Assembly (NCBI GenBank): GCA_945948625.1
Contig: CAMFBT010000002.1
Coordinates: 1 to 38,691 of the forward strand
Direction of reading: 5' to 3'
Length of the DNA: 38,691 nt
From: an uncultured Mycoplasmatota bacterium
Lineage (GTDB): Bacteria > Bacillota_I > Bacilli_A > RF39 > UBA660
Made by a program: the position numbers and the translations under genes. Below the pieces are notes generated by a model. That model was not told where the DNA came from. It was given only the letters and a program-made list of their open reading frames with translations, and made no database searches. This document shows, piece after piece, positions 36,081 to 38,691 of the stretch (position 1 is the stretch's first letter; each line of letters opens with the position of its first letter).

Positions 36081-37409
36081 TTATTTAGATTCAATATATA
36101 CTTTCATAGTACCAATAAATGCACTATTCATATATTCATTAGTAATATTTTCATAACTAATCCACATACCTATCTTTATAGATAATTCACTTAATTTTTC
36201 AATTTCACCTTCATATATCAAATAATTATTATTCTTATTAGTAATACCACTAGTATTATCTAATTTATTATTAAGAACTTTATCTTTTACAATATTACCA
36301 TTAACATAAACATTATAATTAATATATTCAGTAGATAATCTTCTAGTAATATTATGTTTTTTATAATCATTAGTTTCTTCTAATACTATCATATAATTAG
36401 CTTTAGAAGTATTCTTATTTTCTAGTCTAATACCTTTAATATCCATAATATCTTTAATATTGATAATATTATTGCTATTATTACTATCAATAATTTCAAA
36501 AACATTATCATCATAATTAATATGTTCACTTTTTTCTACAATAATACTTGTATTATTATATATAACTTCTGCATATCCATTATCATAATAAATAACTTTA
36601 ATATTATTATGAACTTTCTTTTCATCAATCTTAAGATATTTAATATTATTCACTAATATATAATCTTTTTCTTTAATAGTTCCATTTGAATAATAAATCT
36701 TATTATTATCATTTTTTATAGGAACACTCACTCCACTTAAATTAGTAAAGAAAGAAATATCATTACTAGTAATATCACTATTCCTAACAAAGAAATTAAC
36801 ATTATCTTTATCAATAATAACACTACCATCAGATAAATAGATAATATCAATACCTAATTTATCATTTCTCTTATTTACACAAGTTAAATCTTTATAAATA
36901 GTATTAGCATTAATCTCATTATTTTCATTAATTCTATAATTACCATTTATAGGAAAAATTCTTTTATAAGTACCATCATTATACTTAATAATAATAGTTT
37001 TATCAGAATAAAACATAATAATTCCATTTTTAATATTTTTTTCTCCTATTTTAATAACTACACCTTTAAAATAATTATTATCAACAAGATTACTATCAAA
37101 AACCTTATTAGCATATTCACTAGTAATAGGAGTACCATTAATAATACTATTATCATCACCATCAAAAGTAACAACTACACCATTAGATTCATAATAAACA
37201 ATTGAAGAGTCTTTGATATTACTAAAAATTAAAGTAACAGCAATAATTAGTACAGTGACTGTTAAAAGAAGAGAAATAGTAAAAATAAGTTTTCCATTAT
37301 CAATTAGAAAAAGGATAAAAGGATTACGATATTTTCTTTCTTCTTCAATAGTAATCTTACTTTTATCTTCATCATATTTCTTAATATGAAATTTATTAGT
37401 TTTACCCAC
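36081..37409 (-). CDS. membrane-anchored protein whose C-terminal domain is paralogous to the TasA-like beta-sandwich (possible anchor/nucleator)
   Basis: It starts at GTG with SD gaaggtga, and there is no in-frame ATG nearby. The TM helix is LIFTISLLLTVTVLIIAVTLIF. Y-x-(S/D/N)-(D/N)-G hairpin-like motifs recur: FYSDKT..KYNDGTY, IYLSDGSV, IYYSNGTI, IYYDNGYA. The C-terminal segment IRLENKNTSKANYMIVL...STEYINYNVYVNG...GEIEKLSELSIKIGMWIS...FIGTMKV aligns by eye with FTIKNIGNLDYKFNVKL...DPQYIKIKIDDGG...GESIDISIRVWLS...FNSKIV of the downstream protein. Confidence 0.7.
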   Translation of the reverse strand: MGKTNKFHIKKYDEDKSKITIEEERKYRNPFILFLIDNGKLIFTISLLLTVTVLIIAVTLIFSNIKDSSIVYYESNGVVVTFDGDDNSIINGTPITSEYANKVFDSNLVDNNYFKGVVIKIGEKNIKNGIIMFYSDKTIIIKYNDGTYKRIFPINGNYRINENNEINANTIYKDLTCVNKRNDKLGIDIIYLSDGSVIIDKDNVNFFVRNSDITSNDISFFTNLSGVSVPIKNDNNKIYYSNGTIKEKDYILVNNIKYLKIDEKKVHNNIKVIYYDNGYAEVIYNNTSIIVEKSEHINYDDNVFEIIDSNNSNNIINIKDIMDIKGIRLENKNTSKANYMIVLEETNDYKKHNITRRLSTEYINYNVYVNGNIVKDKVLNNKLDNTSGITNKNNNYLIYEGEIEKLSELSIKIGMWISYENITNEYMNSAFIGTMKVYIESK

Positions 37410-37413
37410 AGTA

Positions 37414-38085
37414 TCACCTTCTTACAACAACAACATCACTTTTTTTCTTACTAACTTTTTTCTTAACCTTTTTACCTAGTTTAACAATATCATATGAAAG
37501 TACCGCTAAACAAGGAATTAATACTACAATAATAAGTCCACCTTTAGTAGCTAATAAACTTTGTATATAACCAAGTTTAGGAACCTTAAAAATAACTTCA
37601 CCTATAATATTAGTATCCTCTGCTAAAGTAAAATCTGGTGTATTATTTGCATCTCCTTGAGTTTGAAAAGTATATTTACCAGTAGTAGAATCATAATATT
37701 TTGCTTTAATTCTATGTGTAACAATTATATTAGAAATTCTAGCATCTGAAGATAAAAATGTAATAATATCTCCAACCTCTAAATCTTTAGCATCTCTTTT
37801 CTTAGTAATAACAATATCTTTAGGCATAATTTCTGGTACCATTGAACCAGTAAGTACAACATAAGCATTATATGCCGGAGGAGAATTATCCCCTTTATAA
37901 GCCCTAATCTTAATATCCGCTACATAAACAAGCAAAGTAAGACCAACTAATAAAAGCCATATAAATAAAGCATAAGAAATAACACTAGTAATAAATTTAA
38001 GCGGTTTAATCTTTTCCTTAGTAACATGAACTTTAAAATGTCTTACACCAAAATAATTATTATATTCACTTAAGTTAGAATCCAT
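37414..38085 (-). CDS. sipW: signal peptidase I, SipW (archaeal/ER S26B) type
   Basis: An N-terminal TM helix is present. The catalytic Ser motif is LTGSMVPEI and the His motif is VTHRI. A second C-terminal TM helix is followed by a Lys-rich tail. It is the first gene of the operon, with SD aggagtg. Confidence 0.85.
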   Translation of the reverse strand: MDSNLSEYNNYFGVRHFKVHVTKEKIKPLKFITSVISYALFIWLLLVGLTLLVYVADIKIRAYKGDNSPPAYNAYVVLTGSMVPEIMPKDIVITKKRDAKDLEVGDIITFLSSDARISNIIVTHRIKAKYYDSTTGKYTFQTQGDANNTPDFTLAEDTNIIGEVIFKVPKLGYIQSLLATKGGLIIVVLIPCLAVLSYDIVKLGKKVKKKVSKKKSDVVVVRR

Positions 38086-38113
38086 ATTCTCACTCCTATT
38101 TTACTCTAAAGTA

Positions 38114-38142
38114 ATTATACAGTAATTTTATAAATAATACAA
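38114..38142 (-). promoter_or_regulatory. sigma-A-type promoter of the sipW operon
   Basis: The minus strand reads TTGTAT, a 17-nt spacer, then TATAAT, about 25 nt upstream of ATG 38085. It is divergent from the tmRNA promoter. Confidence 0.55.
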
Positions 38143-38160
38143 TAATTTTCTCTAAAAAAA

Positions 38161-38189
38161 TTGACAAAAGAACATCTGTTTGTTATAAT
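38161..38189 (+). promoter_or_regulatory. consensus sigma-A promoter of ssrA
   Basis: TTGACA (38161-66), a 17-nt spacer, then TGtTATAAT (38181-89). The mature tmRNA 5' end lies 12 nt downstream. Confidence 0.75.
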
Positions 38190-38200
38190 TACTATGTAAT

Positions 38201-38557
38201 GGGGCTGCTTATGGCTTCGACGAAAATATAAGTATTTAATTAGCAAGACGTGCTCTTCGCGTAAAGAAGAAAATTAAACATAACTGGAAACAGCTATAAA
38301 AATGCTGTTGCTTATGCCTAGTTTTTTAAGGTAGCAACAGGTTCTACTAATTCTTTGTCTGTGAGAATTAGCAAGGACTTATAAAGCAGACTATATTATG
38401 ATTTAAGTTTAGACTTCATAACGAATAAATATAAACTAGCAAGTAATTATGATTGTGAGTTGTCTATTTACTTAGCGAATCCAATAACTCAATAATCTTG
38501 TAGAAGGTTAAATAACTTTATTTGCGGACAGGGGTTCGAATCCCCTCAGCTCCACCA
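38201..38557 (+). ncRNA. ssrA: transfer-messenger RNA (tmRNA)
   Basis: The 5' ggggctg pairs with the 3' cagctcc, including the G3:U alanine identity pair. The T arm is ggggttcgaatcccc and the RNA ends in CCA. The internal tag frame 38286-38321 (gga aac agc tat aaa aat gct gtt gct tat gcc tag) gives (A)GNSYKNAVAYA*. Confidence 0.95.
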
Positions 38558-38600
38558 GATTGATAGAAAACTCGAACTTGTATTTTGAGATTAAAATATA

Positions 38601-38634
38601 AAAGATATCAGAAATTAAAATCTGATATCTTTTG
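38601..38634 (+). terminator. rho-independent terminator after ssrA
   Basis: The stem is agatatcaga/tctgatatct (10 bp) with an 8-nt loop, followed by ttttgtcattt. Confidence 0.75.
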
Positions 38635-38691
38635 TCATTTTAGAAACACACTTACAAATATATGATTAATATACTTGTAACCCAAAAAAAT

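Noticed and set aside
27437-38200. tRNA-to-tmRNA interval as an integrated genomic island
   Set aside because: The accessory content is suggestive. However, there is no integrase or recombinase, I could not find a direct repeat of a tRNA or tmRNA 3' end, and housekeeping genes (cwlJ, DUF368, ctpA) are interspersed.

Overview
This is a very AT-rich chromosomal segment (roughly one quarter G+C by eye) from a low-GC Bacillota-type organism. It uses the standard genetic code: TGA closes several genes and Trp is TGG. About 33 protein genes are present, and all but two are on the minus strand. From the left, housekeeping genes come first: a two-gene heterodimeric ABC exporter, mtaB, asnB, nth, dnaD, cca, an isolated pilC-pilD pair, radC-mreC-mreD, and alaS with a coupled dNMP-kinase-like gene. 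Next is a three-gene surface operon headed by an 1862-aa membrane-anchored multi-FN3-like protein. A tRNA-Lys/Ile/Glu cluster lies at 27.1-27.4 kb and a tmRNA at 38.2-38.6 kb. The ~11 kb between them mixes envelope genes (cwlJ, DUF368, ctpA) with accessory content. That content is a solo HEPN (DUF3644-like) protein facing a convergent promoter-to-terminator small RNA, a type II cytosine-5 methyltransferase/PD-ExK restriction pair, and a sipW / membrane-anchored paralogue / TasA-camelysin-like secreted protein operon. The most unusual signal is at the 3' end of the TasA-like gene. About 105 nt encoding the ligand-binding end of a lectin-like C-terminal domain switch abruptly to G/C-ending, adenine-poor codons, mostly NNC. 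A G/C run, inverted repeats (one perfect 11-bp hairpin straddles the stop codon) and a ~135-nt GC-rich hairpinned element follow. This looks like a diversity-generating-retroelement variable region with its cis elements, but no template repeat or reverse transcriptase is in the window. All functional calls rest on motifs I recognise in the translations; no database search was possible. Several ORF-track starts are GTG/TTG codons inside Shine-Dalgarno sequences, and I moved those to the adjacent ATG.
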